Translations under genes and position numbers: made by a program
Notes under the pieces: generated by a model
The model's database searches: none
Told to the model about the DNA's origin: nothing
Seen by the model: only the letters and a program-made list of their open reading frames with translations
NCBI GenBank assembly: GCA_040772485.1
Contig: JAXGYC010000007.1
Coordinates: 416,001-480,000 of the forward strand
DNA from: Sedimentisphaerales bacterium
GTDB taxonomy: Bacteria; Planctomycetota; Phycisphaerae; Sedimentisphaerales; Anaerobacaceae
Length of the DNA stretch: 64,000 nucleotides
Direction: 5' to 3'
Part shown: positions 11,885 through 24,205 of the stretch, piece by piece
Layout: every line of letters begins with the position of its first letter
How positions within the stretch are numbered: the first letter of the stretch is position 1

Positions 11885-13192
11885 TCACTCGTGCCGCAGC
11901 GACTCGATGGGGTCCATATTGGCGGCCCGATAGGCCGGATACAGACCGAAAGCGATGCCGACGGCCCCGCTGATGCCGAAGGCCAGGATCAGCGAACTGC
12001 CCGTAATCACCGTGCGCATCTGCCCGAAGTGCGTCACGAAGAACGGGATCAGCGCGCCGAGCCCCATCCCGAGCAGGCCGCCCGACAGCGTCAGGATCAG
12101 GGTCTCGGAGAGGAACTGAATTACGATGTCTCTCTTCTTGGCGCCGAGGGCCCGACGGATGCCGATCTCGCGCGTGCGCTCGCTGACGGTCGCCATCATG
12201 ATGTTCATGATCCCGATGCCGCCGACCAGCAGCGAGATGGCCGCGATGGACCCGAGAACGATGGTGAAGATCCGCTGGAAGTCTTTGGCCTGCCGCATCA
12301 ATTCCAGCGGAACGACGATCTCGTAATCGTTCTTCTTGTGGAAGCGGGACAGAAGCGTCTGGACGCTCTGCCGTGTCCCCATGACCATGTCCACATCCTG
12401 GACCTGCACGATGATCTCCTGGAGCTCGACCCGTTCCATCGTCCCGGCGCCGCCGGAGGAGATTTGCAGGGACATCTCTCCGAAACGCTCTTTCACCGTC
12501 GTCAACGGGACGTACATGGCGCCCACGTTGGCGCCGGCGGCCTTCTTGGCTCCGGTGGCGTCCTTGGTTTCCAGTTCCGTTGAAGCCGGCGTCTTGCTCT
12601 GCTCGGTGGCAATGCCTACCACACGATAGTAGTCTCCGCCGATCTTGACATCCTGGCTGATGGGGTCGTCGAAGGCGAACAGCTCCTTGACCACACGTTC
12701 GTCGAGAACGCAGACGCCCTGCTTGTAGTGCATGTCGGTAGTGCTGAGAAAACGCCCGAACTTGACGCGGGTGGGAGATATCCCCGGATACCAGGGGACG
12801 GTCCCGACGACCTCCAGAGACACCCGGCGATTGCGATAGAGCGCCTGCTGTGAGATCCGCCGGTTCGGCACGATCACCTGGACGTCCGGAATCCCGTTCT
12901 GGAACCGCTCGGCGTCGTCGTACGTCAGGCCATATTCCATCAGGGTCTGCTGTTGACCTCCGGCGGCTTTGTCCTCCGGCGGCTTGATGGTCCTGATGAT
13001 GATGTTGCGGCTGCCGAGCTGGGCGATCTTCTCCTGGGCATCCTGGCTGGCCCCCTCGCCGATCGCCAGCATGGCGATGACCGAGGAGACGCCGAAGATG
13101 ATGCCCAGCGCCGTCAGCGTCGAGCGCAACCGGTGCATCCAGAGGCTCTTGGCCCCCAGCTTGATCGTGCGTTTCAGACGAAAAAAGAACAT
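11885..13192 (-). CDS. MacB-like ABC transporter permease
   Basis: RSTLTALGIIFGVSSVIAM, SLLVGGIGIMNIM, ERTREIGIRRALGA, PAYRAANMDPIESLR. Confidence 0.93.
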   Translation of the reverse strand: MFFFRLKRTIKLGAKSLWMHRLRSTLTALGIIFGVSSVIAMLAIGEGASQDAQEKIAQLGSRNIIIRTIKPPEDKAAGGQQQTLMEYGLTYDDAERFQNGIPDVQVIVPNRRISQQALYRNRRVSLEVVGTVPWYPGISPTRVKFGRFLSTTDMHYKQGVCVLDERVVKELFAFDDPISQDVKIGGDYYRVVGIATEQSKTPASTELETKDATGAKKAAGANVGAMYVPLTTVKERFGEMSLQISSGGAGTMERVELQEIIVQVQDVDMVMGTRQSVQTLLSRFHKKNDYEIVVPLELMRQAKDFQRIFTIVLGSIAAISLLVGGIGIMNIMMATVSERTREIGIRRALGAKKRDIVIQFLSETLILTLSGGLLGMGLGALIPFFVTHFGQMRTVITGSSLILAFGISGAVGIAFGLYPAYRAANMDPIESLRHE

Positions 13193-13198
13193 AGCGTC

Positions 13199-13924
<726 letters not shown>

Positions 13925-13962
13925 CGTTGCTGGTATCCTTCGCCTCTCGCCGAGACTGAAAC

Positions 13963-16254
13963 CTACCTTGTCTGGTCGCCTGGGGGTGGAGCCGGTGGCG
14001 TGGCCTCGGACTGGCCGCTGGGCGGAGCCTCCTGGCCGGCCTGCCCGCCCGCGGGACCGCTGCCGCCACGGCGACCGCGGCCACCGCCTTGACGCTGGAA
14101 ACGCTCCATCATCTGCTGGCGTTGCTCGGGCGTCATCTCCATCATCCGCTGCCGTTGCTCGGGCGTCATCTCGGCGCCACCGGGCATCCCCGGACCGCCG
14201 CCCTGACGTTGGAAACGCTCCATCATCTGTTGCCGCTGCTCGGGTGTCATCTCAGCGCCGCCGGGCATTCGCGGGCCGCCGCCCTGACGCTGGAAGCGTT
14301 CCATCATCTGCTGCCGCTGCTCGGGCGTCATCTCGGCGCCGCCGGGCATTCCCGGACCGCCGCCCTGACGCCTGAGCTGGCGCATCTGCTGCCTCATCTC
14401 ATCGGTCATCTCCACCCCGCCCGGCATCTGCGGAGTCGCCGGGGCTGGCCCCATCGTCTCGCCTGCCGGCGCCGCAGCGGAGGAGTCGTTCGCGTCGCTC
14501 GCACCGCTTCCATTCCTCTGCGGCCGCTCACGGAACGACGAAGTGGCTGCGGATTCAGTGTACAAGCGAGGATTCAGCAGCACTTCTTCGCCGCCTTCCA
14601 GACCGCTGACGATCTGCACGAAGGTGTCGTTGAAAGCGCCGGTCTGCACCTCACGTTCCTCTCCCTCCGGTGCCTGCGGCGTCACGACATAGCACACCTT
14701 GCGGCCTCCACGACTGGCCACCACCTGAATCGGCACAATGACGACATCGTCCAACTCGCGCACGAGAATCTCGACCCGGCACGACATCCGCGTTCGCAGG
14801 AAATCGTGCGTGCCGTCGATCTTCACCAGGGTCGTGTACACCTTCAGGTCCGGATTCATAAAGCCGCGCTGCTGGTCGGGCAGCGGCGCCACTTCCAACA
14901 CTTCGCCGTCGAGCACCTGGTCGGGAAACGCATCCATCACAATGGTGGCAGGCTGTCCCGGACGGACCTTGTCCACCTCGGTCTCGTGCACGCTGATCTC
15001 GGCCACCATGGTGGCGGTATCGGGCATCGAGATGATCGTCTGGCCTTCAAAGACGGTCTCGCCCTCGGCGATCATGCCGCTGCCGGCGCCACCGCCTCCT
15101 CGGCCTCGCATCGCGCGGAACATGTCCCCCGTGCTGCCGGTGCCGTAGATCACCAGGCCCGGGGCCTTGGCGCGCATCGTGCAGTTGGCGATCTGTAGCT
15201 CGAGCTCACTGACGCGCTTCTGCTGCGCTCGGAGCCGCTCCTGGGCGTTGGCCAATCTGGCCTGCGCCTGCGCCAATTTGGAGCGGCATTCCGCGAAGGT
15301 TCGTTCGAGCTCGCGCCCGGCTTCGATGTAGTTGCTGAGATGCTGCTCGGCATTCTTCGGGAAATCATAGCGAAGGAATAGATCCAGATTCACCTTGGCG
15401 TTCTGCTCGCGGAATCTCTGGTTGTCGACCGTGAGCCGGTCCCCCTGCAAGTCGAGATCGGAGACGTAATTGGCGTCGTGGAGTTTCTCCGTTCCGGCCA
15501 GTCTCGCCTGCGCCGTCTTCAGGTTGCCCTCGGCCAAAACGATGTCGTCGTTCAGCTGCTTCAGCTCCTGGCCGGCGGCGGTGCCGTCCAGCATGTTGGG
15601 ATCGTCCTTGACCTCCACCAGAAACGGCGCGACGTACTCGGTCAAGTCCACCGCATCATTGACGTCACGCGTCAGCCGTTCCGCCAGAGCGGCCCCGAGG
15701 TACTTCTGGAGGTCCAGCAGAGCGAACCGGACCTCGAGCCGCCCATTCGCAACATCGCTCTCATTCTGAATCACCTGAATGTCGTAGGCCTCCTTCGCGG
15801 AGGTCTCGGTCTCCTGGTCGCTGGCCAGTTCCATCTTCTCCTGGATCAACTGGTCTTCCAGCGAAGAGGAATCCAGCTTGACCAGGACCATCCCGTCGTC
15901 GACGTCCTTCTGACTGATGTACGCCCCGGACGGAACAATGCTCAGGATCGTGATCTGCGCACCGCGCGATTCCACCTCGCAGCGGTACTCGATGGACTTG
16001 TGCGCGCGGATGCTGCCGCCCTCGCTGACCGTGATGACCAGGTTGTCCCGGCGCGCCGTAAACGTGCCCCCGGACGTCGTGCCGGCGCCCGCATTCCCCT
16101 TGATGGAAGCCACCAGCACGACCGCGCCGGCCGCAATGAGAAAGAGAACCAACGGGAGCAACCAGCGCCGCTTCTTCGGTCGCCCAGTCCGCTGGATGGC
16201 CGGATGTTTGCTCGCCGATTTGTCCTGCATCGAACTGCCTGGATTAGGTTTCAT
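13963..16254 (-). CDS. Efflux periplasmic adaptor (MacA/HlyD family) with long coiled coil and C-terminal Met/Gln/Gly repeats
   Basis: N-terminal TM, lipoyl-like halves, TMRAKAPGLV, VHETEVDKVRPGQ, VIVPIQVV. ATGA overlap with the TolC stop. Confidence 0.85.
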   Translation of the reverse strand: MKPNPGSSMQDKSASKHPAIQRTGRPKKRRWLLPLVLFLIAAGAVVLVASIKGNAGAGTTSGGTFTARRDNLVITVSEGGSIRAHKSIEYRCEVESRGAQITILSIVPSGAYISQKDVDDGMVLVKLDSSSLEDQLIQEKMELASDQETETSAKEAYDIQVIQNESDVANGRLEVRFALLDLQKYLGAALAERLTRDVNDAVDLTEYVAPFLVEVKDDPNMLDGTAAGQELKQLNDDIVLAEGNLKTAQARLAGTEKLHDANYVSDLDLQGDRLTVDNQRFREQNAKVNLDLFLRYDFPKNAEQHLSNYIEAGRELERTFAECRSKLAQAQARLANAQERLRAQQKRVSELELQIANCTMRAKAPGLVIYGTGSTGDMFRAMRGRGGGGAGSGMIAEGETVFEGQTIISMPDTATMVAEISVHETEVDKVRPGQPATIVMDAFPDQVLDGEVLEVAPLPDQQRGFMNPDLKVYTTLVKIDGTHDFLRTRMSCRVEILVRELDDVVIVPIQVVASRGGRKVCYVVTPQAPEGEEREVQTGAFNDTFVQIVSGLEGGEEVLLNPRLYTESAATSSFRERPQRNGSGASDANDSSAAAPAGETMGPAPATPQMPGGVEMTDEMRQQMRQLRRQGGGPGMPGGAEMTPEQRQQMMERFQRQGGGPRMPGGAEMTPEQRQQMMERFQRQGGGPGMPGGAEMTPEQRQRMMEMTPEQRQQMMERFQRQGGGRGRRGGSGPAGGQAGQEAPPSGQSEATPPAPPPGDQTR
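14083..14428 (-). repeat. 81-bp (27-aa) coding tandem repeat GGGPGMPGGAEMTPEQRQQMMERFQRQ, about 4 copies, plus one 33-bp internal duplication
   Basis: CTGACG recurs at 14203, 14284 and 14365 (period 81), with a TTGACG variant at 14089 (81+33). Confidence 0.9.
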
Positions 16255-17891
16255 GGTGCCGTATGCTCCCACATTCCATCCGGTCTGACCTGTAAGACGC
16301 CGATATCTCGAAAGAAGCTCATCTTCGCAATCGTGTGATCGACCAGTGCGCTGAGCACGTCATTCTGTGCCCGCACCAGCGCATCCTCGGAGTCGAGCAG
16401 CAATCGCACGGTCCCGCGCCCGTACTGAAGCGACAGCTTCTCGACCTCCACGCGCTTCCGGGCCAGATTCAGCCCGATCTGCTGGATCCGATAGCTCTCG
16501 GCGGTCTCCGCCAGATCGCGATACGCCTGGCGAACGCCGAGTTTGATCTCGTCCACCTGCTCTTCATAGCCTCGCTGACGCTGCTGGGCCGTGATCAGCG
16601 CCTCACGATACGCATTGCGCTCCGCTTTTCGGTCCAGCGGCAGGTCGCCCTCCAATCCCAGCCGATAGTTGCCCTCGTCGAATTGTAGCGAGGCAAACTT
16701 CGTCTCCGGCTCCGAGGCAACGTTGGCGCTGCCGATCAGGTTCAATTGAACGCCCAGCCCTTTGGCGGCCAGTTCCAGCTTCCTCTGGGCATCGTCGAGG
16801 CCATCGCGGGTGTTGGCCAAATCCAGACGACGATCCAGGGCCAGCTCCATAGCCTCGACCTCGGTATACGCCGGCTCGCTGATCCCGATGTCGGCCAGCG
16901 CCGTCAACTCGTTCGGATCGAGCGTCACGTTGGCGTCGGTGGGCAAGGCCAGGCGGACCTTGAACGTGTCCAGCGTCTGTTCATAACGCTGGCGCGCCGA
17001 AACCAGCGCCTGCTCGGTGGTGAGCAGCCGCTGCTCGGCTTCACCCAGATCGTACGCGGGTCGCTGACCTACGTCGACCTCCATGCGCAACTGATTCGTC
17101 GATTCCACCTGCCTGGCGTAGCTGGCCTCCTGGATGAGAACGGCCTCCCGCTGCTGCAAGACCCGATAGTAGTCACTGATGACCGAGACCACGAAGGTCT
17201 GACGGTAGCGGTTGAACGTACGGATTCGATACAACACATTGCGCTCGGCCTGCGTCAGATTCTCCCATTCGGACAGACCGGCGCCGGCGCCGAGGATCGG
17301 AAAGGCCAGGGTGGACGTGAGCACAGAACCCAGCGAGGTTTGCGGGTCCCCCGTCAGGAACCGGCTCCAGTCCAGGGCCAGCCCGCTGGTGACCCGAAGG
17401 CCATTGGCAAGGAGAAACGTCTTGTTGACGCTGCCTTCGGCCCCTGCAGTGATGTCCTCCCGCTCATTGTTTTTCGCATAGAAGGCGTCGAACGTTCCGA
17501 GCCATTGCGGCGCGTACCGATGCCGCGTCAGCGTCAGGTCCAGCGCCGCCAGGTAGAGCGATTCCTTCTGGGACTGATACTCCCGGCTGTACTTCGTCGC
17601 GATCTCGACCGCTTCGGCCAGGCTCACGACGCGGTCGGACGGGACCGCATCGAGGACCTCCACGTTGTTGGGACCGGCGTCGTTGATCCGATAGTTGGCC
17701 ATCTGACCGAAGTCGTCCTGCCACTTGTCCTCCAGGATCTCGTAAACCTCCTTGTCCGCCTTCTCCTTGTAGTGCTCGCGGCTGCATCCGCCAGCCAGGC
17801 CGAGGGCAAGCACGGCGCACACCGCCCACGCAGACAACAGAGCGCACCGGGCCCCGTACCATCTGAAGTCGTTCCGAGAATCAGCCGTCAC
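16251..17891 (-). CDS. TolC family outer-membrane efflux lipoprotein
   Basis: GTG start with GGAGG RBS, lipobox LAGGC, VSLAEAVEIA, LPLDRKAERNAYR, VRQAYRDL. Confidence 0.85.
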   Translation of the reverse strand: MTADSRNDFRWYGARCALLSAWAVCAVLALGLAGGCSREHYKEKADKEVYEILEDKWQDDFGQMANYRINDAGPNNVEVLDAVPSDRVVSLAEAVEIATKYSREYQSQKESLYLAALDLTLTRHRYAPQWLGTFDAFYAKNNEREDITAGAEGSVNKTFLLANGLRVTSGLALDWSRFLTGDPQTSLGSVLTSTLAFPILGAGAGLSEWENLTQAERNVLYRIRTFNRYRQTFVVSVISDYYRVLQQREAVLIQEASYARQVESTNQLRMEVDVGQRPAYDLGEAEQRLLTTEQALVSARQRYEQTLDTFKVRLALPTDANVTLDPNELTALADIGISEPAYTEVEAMELALDRRLDLANTRDGLDDAQRKLELAAKGLGVQLNLIGSANVASEPETKFASLQFDEGNYRLGLEGDLPLDRKAERNAYREALITAQQRQRGYEEQVDEIKLGVRQAYRDLAETAESYRIQQIGLNLARKRVEVEKLSLQYGRGTVRLLLDSEDALVRAQNDVLSALVDHTIAKMSFFRDIGVLQVRPDGMWEHTAP

Positions 17892-18142
17892 AGATTGACC
17901 TCCATCGCACAGTTTCTCCATCGTTGCGGGCCAGCCGCATCCCGGGTAGCGAACCGCCCGCCCACCTCTGCCCCCGCAGCGATTCACAGCCTGCATTGTA
18001 TGGGGAGCCAGCACCGCCACAAAGCACATTCTGTGTGAATGACGTTTTCCGTCGCCGCAACATTGCAGAAAAGTGGGGAGGAGAAAGCGGTTAAGCAACG
18101 GCAAGCCGCACAGCGGGCACAGGGCATCACAGGCTCGCAAAG

Positions 18143-18217
18143 GGTGAAAGACGGGATTCGAACCCGCGACCCCCAGAACCACAATCTGGTGCTCTATCCA
18201 GCTGAGCTACTCTCACC
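18143..18217 (-). tRNA. tRNA-His (GUG); G-1 encoded, CCA not encoded
   Basis: Reverse complement reads GGTGAGAGTAGCTCAGCTGGATAGAGCACCAGATTGTGGTTCTGGGGGTCGCGGGTTCGAATCCCGTCTTTCACC; cloverleaf with GTG anticodon and C73. Confidence 0.96.
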
Positions 18218-18227
18218 ACGAAAGCAA

Positions 18228-18253
18228 GGTGCGTCGGAGAGACCCGACGCACC
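18228..18253 (-). terminator. GC-rich hairpin downstream of ppdK / in the tRNA-His leader
   Basis: 10-bp stem GGTGCGTCGG-N6-CCGACGCACC followed on the minus strand by TTGCTTT. Confidence 0.55.
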
Positions 18254-18257
18254 CTGC

Positions 18258-18285
18258 ATTGTACCGTCCAAACGGCGTCTGTCAA
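18258..18285 (-). promoter_or_regulatory. sigma70-type promoter for tRNA-His
   Basis: Minus strand TTGACA-N16-TACAAT. Confidence 0.7.
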
Positions 18286-18292
18286 TGCCGTC

Positions 18293-21004
<2,712 letters not shown>

Positions 21005-21135
21005 GCTTACTTTCTCCTTCTTGCTCGTGTCATCAGTGCGAGAGCATTGTTGTTTCGGATCGGCTCCGCGAATTTCACTGTAGCCCGACCCCGACAACGA
21101 GATCGGGATTTCCTGCCGGGCAGATAAAGGCGGTC

Positions 21136-21164
21136 AGTGTATAACAGCCCCCCGACCCTGTCAA
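21136..21164 (-). promoter_or_regulatory. sigma70-type promoter for ppdK
   Basis: Minus strand TTGACA-N17-TACACT. Confidence 0.65.
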
Positions 21165-21240
21165 CGAGGAAAAGTGGATTTTGACCTGCGGATTTCGCAC
21201 CGGAAACGAGGTTCGGCCGTCCCGGGGCGCGTCGAGCCTG

Positions 21241-22701
21241 CTATGGGAAAGGCCAGGCCTCGGACGGCCTGCGCGCCGCCTTCATCAGGGAGGCGATCTG
21301 CGTCACAATCTCGGGATACTCGTCGGCCAGGTTCGTCGTCTCCCCGAGGTCCGTTCGCAGGTCATACAGCTCGATCGGCCCATCGGGATCGTTCGCCACA
21401 TTTAGACGGACGCCCTTCCAATCGCCCACGCGGACCGCTTGCTTCTTGCCCTGTTCGTGGAATTCCCAGTACAGATAACGGTGCCTCCGCTGCTGACCGG
21501 GCCTGCCCAAGAGCGTGGGGAGGATCGAGAACCCGTCGGTATCGTCCGGCGGCACCGCGCCGGCCAGATCGCAGCAGGTCGGCAGGAAATCCCAGAACGC
21601 GCAGACGTGGTCCGTGCCCGAGCCGGCGGCGATCCTGCCCGGCCAGCGGGCGATCAGCGGCACGCGGACACCCCCTTCATACAGGTCGCGTTTGATGCCT
21701 CGCAAGGGCCCGTTGCTGTCGAAGAACGCGGAATCGGCGCCGCCTTCCTGGTGCGGACCGTTGTCGCTGGAGAACAGCACCAGCGTGTCCTCGTCGATGC
21801 CAAGGGCCTTGAGCTTGTCCAGGAGGCGTCCGACGTCGCCATCCATCCGCGTGATCATCGCGGCACGGCCTTTCTGCGGCTCGGGCCAGTCCTCGCCCGC
21901 GTAAGGCCCGTACGAAGGAACCTCCATCCCCTGCTGGCCCGCCTCATTATTGGCGTGCGGAATCGTCAGAGCCAGGTACAGGAAGAACGGCAACTGGCGG
22001 TTCTGCTCGATGAACTGAAGCGCCTCTTCCGCAAACAGGTCATGAGAGTACTGGACCTTCTCGGTGGCCACACCTGCACCGTCCGTCCGGTCGCCCGCAA
22101 CCTTGTTCGCCAGCGGCACGCGCTCGTCGTTGCGGAAGAGGAATTCGGGGTAATAATTGTGCGCGTGCCTCTGGCAGAGGTATCCAAAGGAGTAGTCGAA
22201 CCCTTGATTGTTGGGCGCGCCGCTGCTGCCGGGCCCGCCCAGACCCCACTTGCCGATCAGGCCCGTCACGTAGCCGCGACTCTTGAGCAGCTTGGGAACG
22301 GTCACCGCATCCGGGGGCAGGGGCAACTGCCCCATCGGCTTGGCCTCTTTGTTGCCCCGCACATGCGCATGCCCGGTGTGCAGACCCGTCATCAGCGAGC
22401 AGCGGGACGGCGCACAGACGGTGCTGCCGGCGTAACAATCGGTGAAGAGCATACCCTCCGCAGCCATGCGGTCGATGTTGGGAGTCCGGATCCTCTGCTG
22501 CCCGTAGCAACCGAGGTCGCCGTACCCGAGGTCGTCGGCCAGGATGAAGATGATGTTGGGCTGCCCCGGCCCGACCAGCCGCTTCGGTCGGCTCGCGCAG
22601 CCGCCCAGCAGTCCGGAGGCGGCGACAAACCCTGTGGCCTTGAGAAAACTGCGCCGCGTCCAATTCTGTCTGTTTCGCTCGGCCATCTTCCGTTGCTCCA
22701 T
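21241..22701 (-). CDS. Tat-exported arylsulfatase (formylglycine-dependent)
   Basis: TRRSFLK Tat signal, PNIIFILADDLGYGD, CAPSRCSLMTG (CxPxR), GKWGLG, SSDNGP. Confidence 0.93.
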   Translation of the reverse strand: MEQRKMAERNRQNWTRRSFLKATGFVAASGLLGGCASRPKRLVGPGQPNIIFILADDLGYGDLGCYGQQRIRTPNIDRMAAEGMLFTDCYAGSTVCAPSRCSLMTGLHTGHAHVRGNKEAKPMGQLPLPPDAVTVPKLLKSRGYVTGLIGKWGLGGPGSSGAPNNQGFDYSFGYLCQRHAHNYYPEFLFRNDERVPLANKVAGDRTDGAGVATEKVQYSHDLFAEEALQFIEQNRQLPFFLYLALTIPHANNEAGQQGMEVPSYGPYAGEDWPEPQKGRAAMITRMDGDVGRLLDKLKALGIDEDTLVLFSSDNGPHQEGGADSAFFDSNGPLRGIKRDLYEGGVRVPLIARWPGRIAAGSGTDHVCAFWDFLPTCCDLAGAVPPDDTDGFSILPTLLGRPGQQRRHRYLYWEFHEQGKKQAVRVGDWKGVRLNVANDPDGPIELYDLRTDLGETTNLADEYPEIVTQIASLMKAARRPSEAWPFP

Positions 22702-22736
22702 CAGACAAGTCCCTCGATGAAAAGACGGTTTCGAAC

Positions 22737-24191
22737 TCACTTGCCCGGCGTCGGGATGGCAACGTCGATCGAGCGGACTTCGCCCAGCGTCGAAAGCGGT
22801 CGGTCGAAATCCTCCGGCCGCCCCACGACAAGAATCTGCATGGCGTCGGGCCTCAGATGCGCCCGCGCGGCCCGCAGGACGTCGGCCTTGGTAACCTTCT
22901 CGATGCTTTCCTTCGTCTTCTGGAGGAAATCGGGCGGGTAGCCGTAGTAATCGTAGGTCATCAGGCGACTGATGATCTCTGCAGTGCTGTCAAAGTTGAA
23001 CACGAAGGAATTGAGATAGCTGTCCTTGGCCAGCTCCAACTCCTCATCCGTAACCTCTTCGGTGGTCATCTTCCTGGCCTCCGCGACAATCGCCTCGATC
23101 GCATGGACGGTGCTCTCCGACTTCGTCTGGCAGCCCATGGAGAGGACTCCGGGACGATCGTAGCGAGAAGAATACGTCCCGAAGACGGAATAGGCCAGAC
23201 CTTGCCGCGAGCGCACGTTCTTGAACAACCGGCCGGTGAAGCCGCCGCCCAGGACCTGGTTCATCACGGTCAGGGCCGCGTAGTCCGGATCGCTCATAAG
23301 TCCGGCGATATGGCCCAAATAGATGTTCGACTGGTTCAGGTCGGGCCGCGACACCAGGTTCACTGTGGACCGCCAGGCGTAATCCACCTCGGGTTTGGCG
23401 GGCAGATCCAGGGCGATCTTCTCCCATCCTTCGAAGGCCCTCTCGATCCTGGCAACCATCTCCCGCGTGTCGAAATCGCCCCAGACCGCCAGCATCATGT
23501 TGTTCGGTCCGAAGAACCGCTTGTGAAACGCCGCCAGATCGTCCCGGGTGATGTTGTCGATGGTCGCATACTCGGTGTGCCTGGCGTACACGCTGTCGGG
23601 ACCGTAAATGAGCTTGTCGAACTCCCGCGACGCGATGGAACGCGGCGAGTCGTTCCGCCTGGCAATACTGCTGCGATGCTGCATCTTGGCCAGCTCGATC
23701 TTGTCGTCGCGGAACGCCGGACGCATCAGCACGTCCGCCAGGATGGCCAGGGCCTTGTCGATGTCCCCCTTGAGCGCAGAGACGGAAGCGTACCCGGCAT
23801 CCTGTCCGATGCTCGTCTCGACGGAGGCCGCGATCTGCTCCAGCTCGTCGTCCAACTCGTCTCCGGTCTTGCTGGTCGTTCCGCCGGTGCGCATGACCTC
23901 GCCAGTGATGTCGGCCAGGCCCACCTTGTCGGCCGGCTCGTAGACAGATCCCACGCGGATTCGACTCGAAACATAGATCAGCGGCAGCTCATGGTCCTCC
24001 AATATGAGCAGCCGCATCCCGTTGGCCAGAGTCACACGCTGCACCTCCGGCACGACGACGTCATTCAATCTCGGGTACTTCAGTTGCCTGTGGTCGGGCG
24101 TTCGCTGTGCCGCAGGAATCGGGGCCGTCAGACCGACGACCGCAAGAAAACACAGGCTCAACATCAGATGGTGTATTCGCTCGCTCTTCAT
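22737..24191 (-). CDS. M16 family peptidase, non-catalytic partner subunit
   Basis: LANGMRLLILEDHELP, MRTGGT, LFKNVRSRQGLAYSV; no HxxEH motif. Confidence 0.88.
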   Translation of the reverse strand: MKSERIHHLMLSLCFLAVVGLTAPIPAAQRTPDHRQLKYPRLNDVVVPEVQRVTLANGMRLLILEDHELPLIYVSSRIRVGSVYEPADKVGLADITGEVMRTGGTTSKTGDELDDELEQIAASVETSIGQDAGYASVSALKGDIDKALAILADVLMRPAFRDDKIELAKMQHRSSIARRNDSPRSIASREFDKLIYGPDSVYARHTEYATIDNITRDDLAAFHKRFFGPNNMMLAVWGDFDTREMVARIERAFEGWEKIALDLPAKPEVDYAWRSTVNLVSRPDLNQSNIYLGHIAGLMSDPDYAALTVMNQVLGGGFTGRLFKNVRSRQGLAYSVFGTYSSRYDRPGVLSMGCQTKSESTVHAIEAIVAEARKMTTEEVTDEELELAKDSYLNSFVFNFDSTAEIISRLMTYDYYGYPPDFLQKTKESIEKVTKADVLRAARAHLRPDAMQILVVGRPEDFDRPLSTLGEVRSIDVAIPTPGK

Positions 24192-24205
24192 TTCCCGTCC
24201 GCCTT

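Noticed and set aside
17892..18182. Upstream extension of the TolC ORF
   Set aside because: It overlaps tRNA-His; a GTG with a GGAGG RBS at 17891 is a better start.
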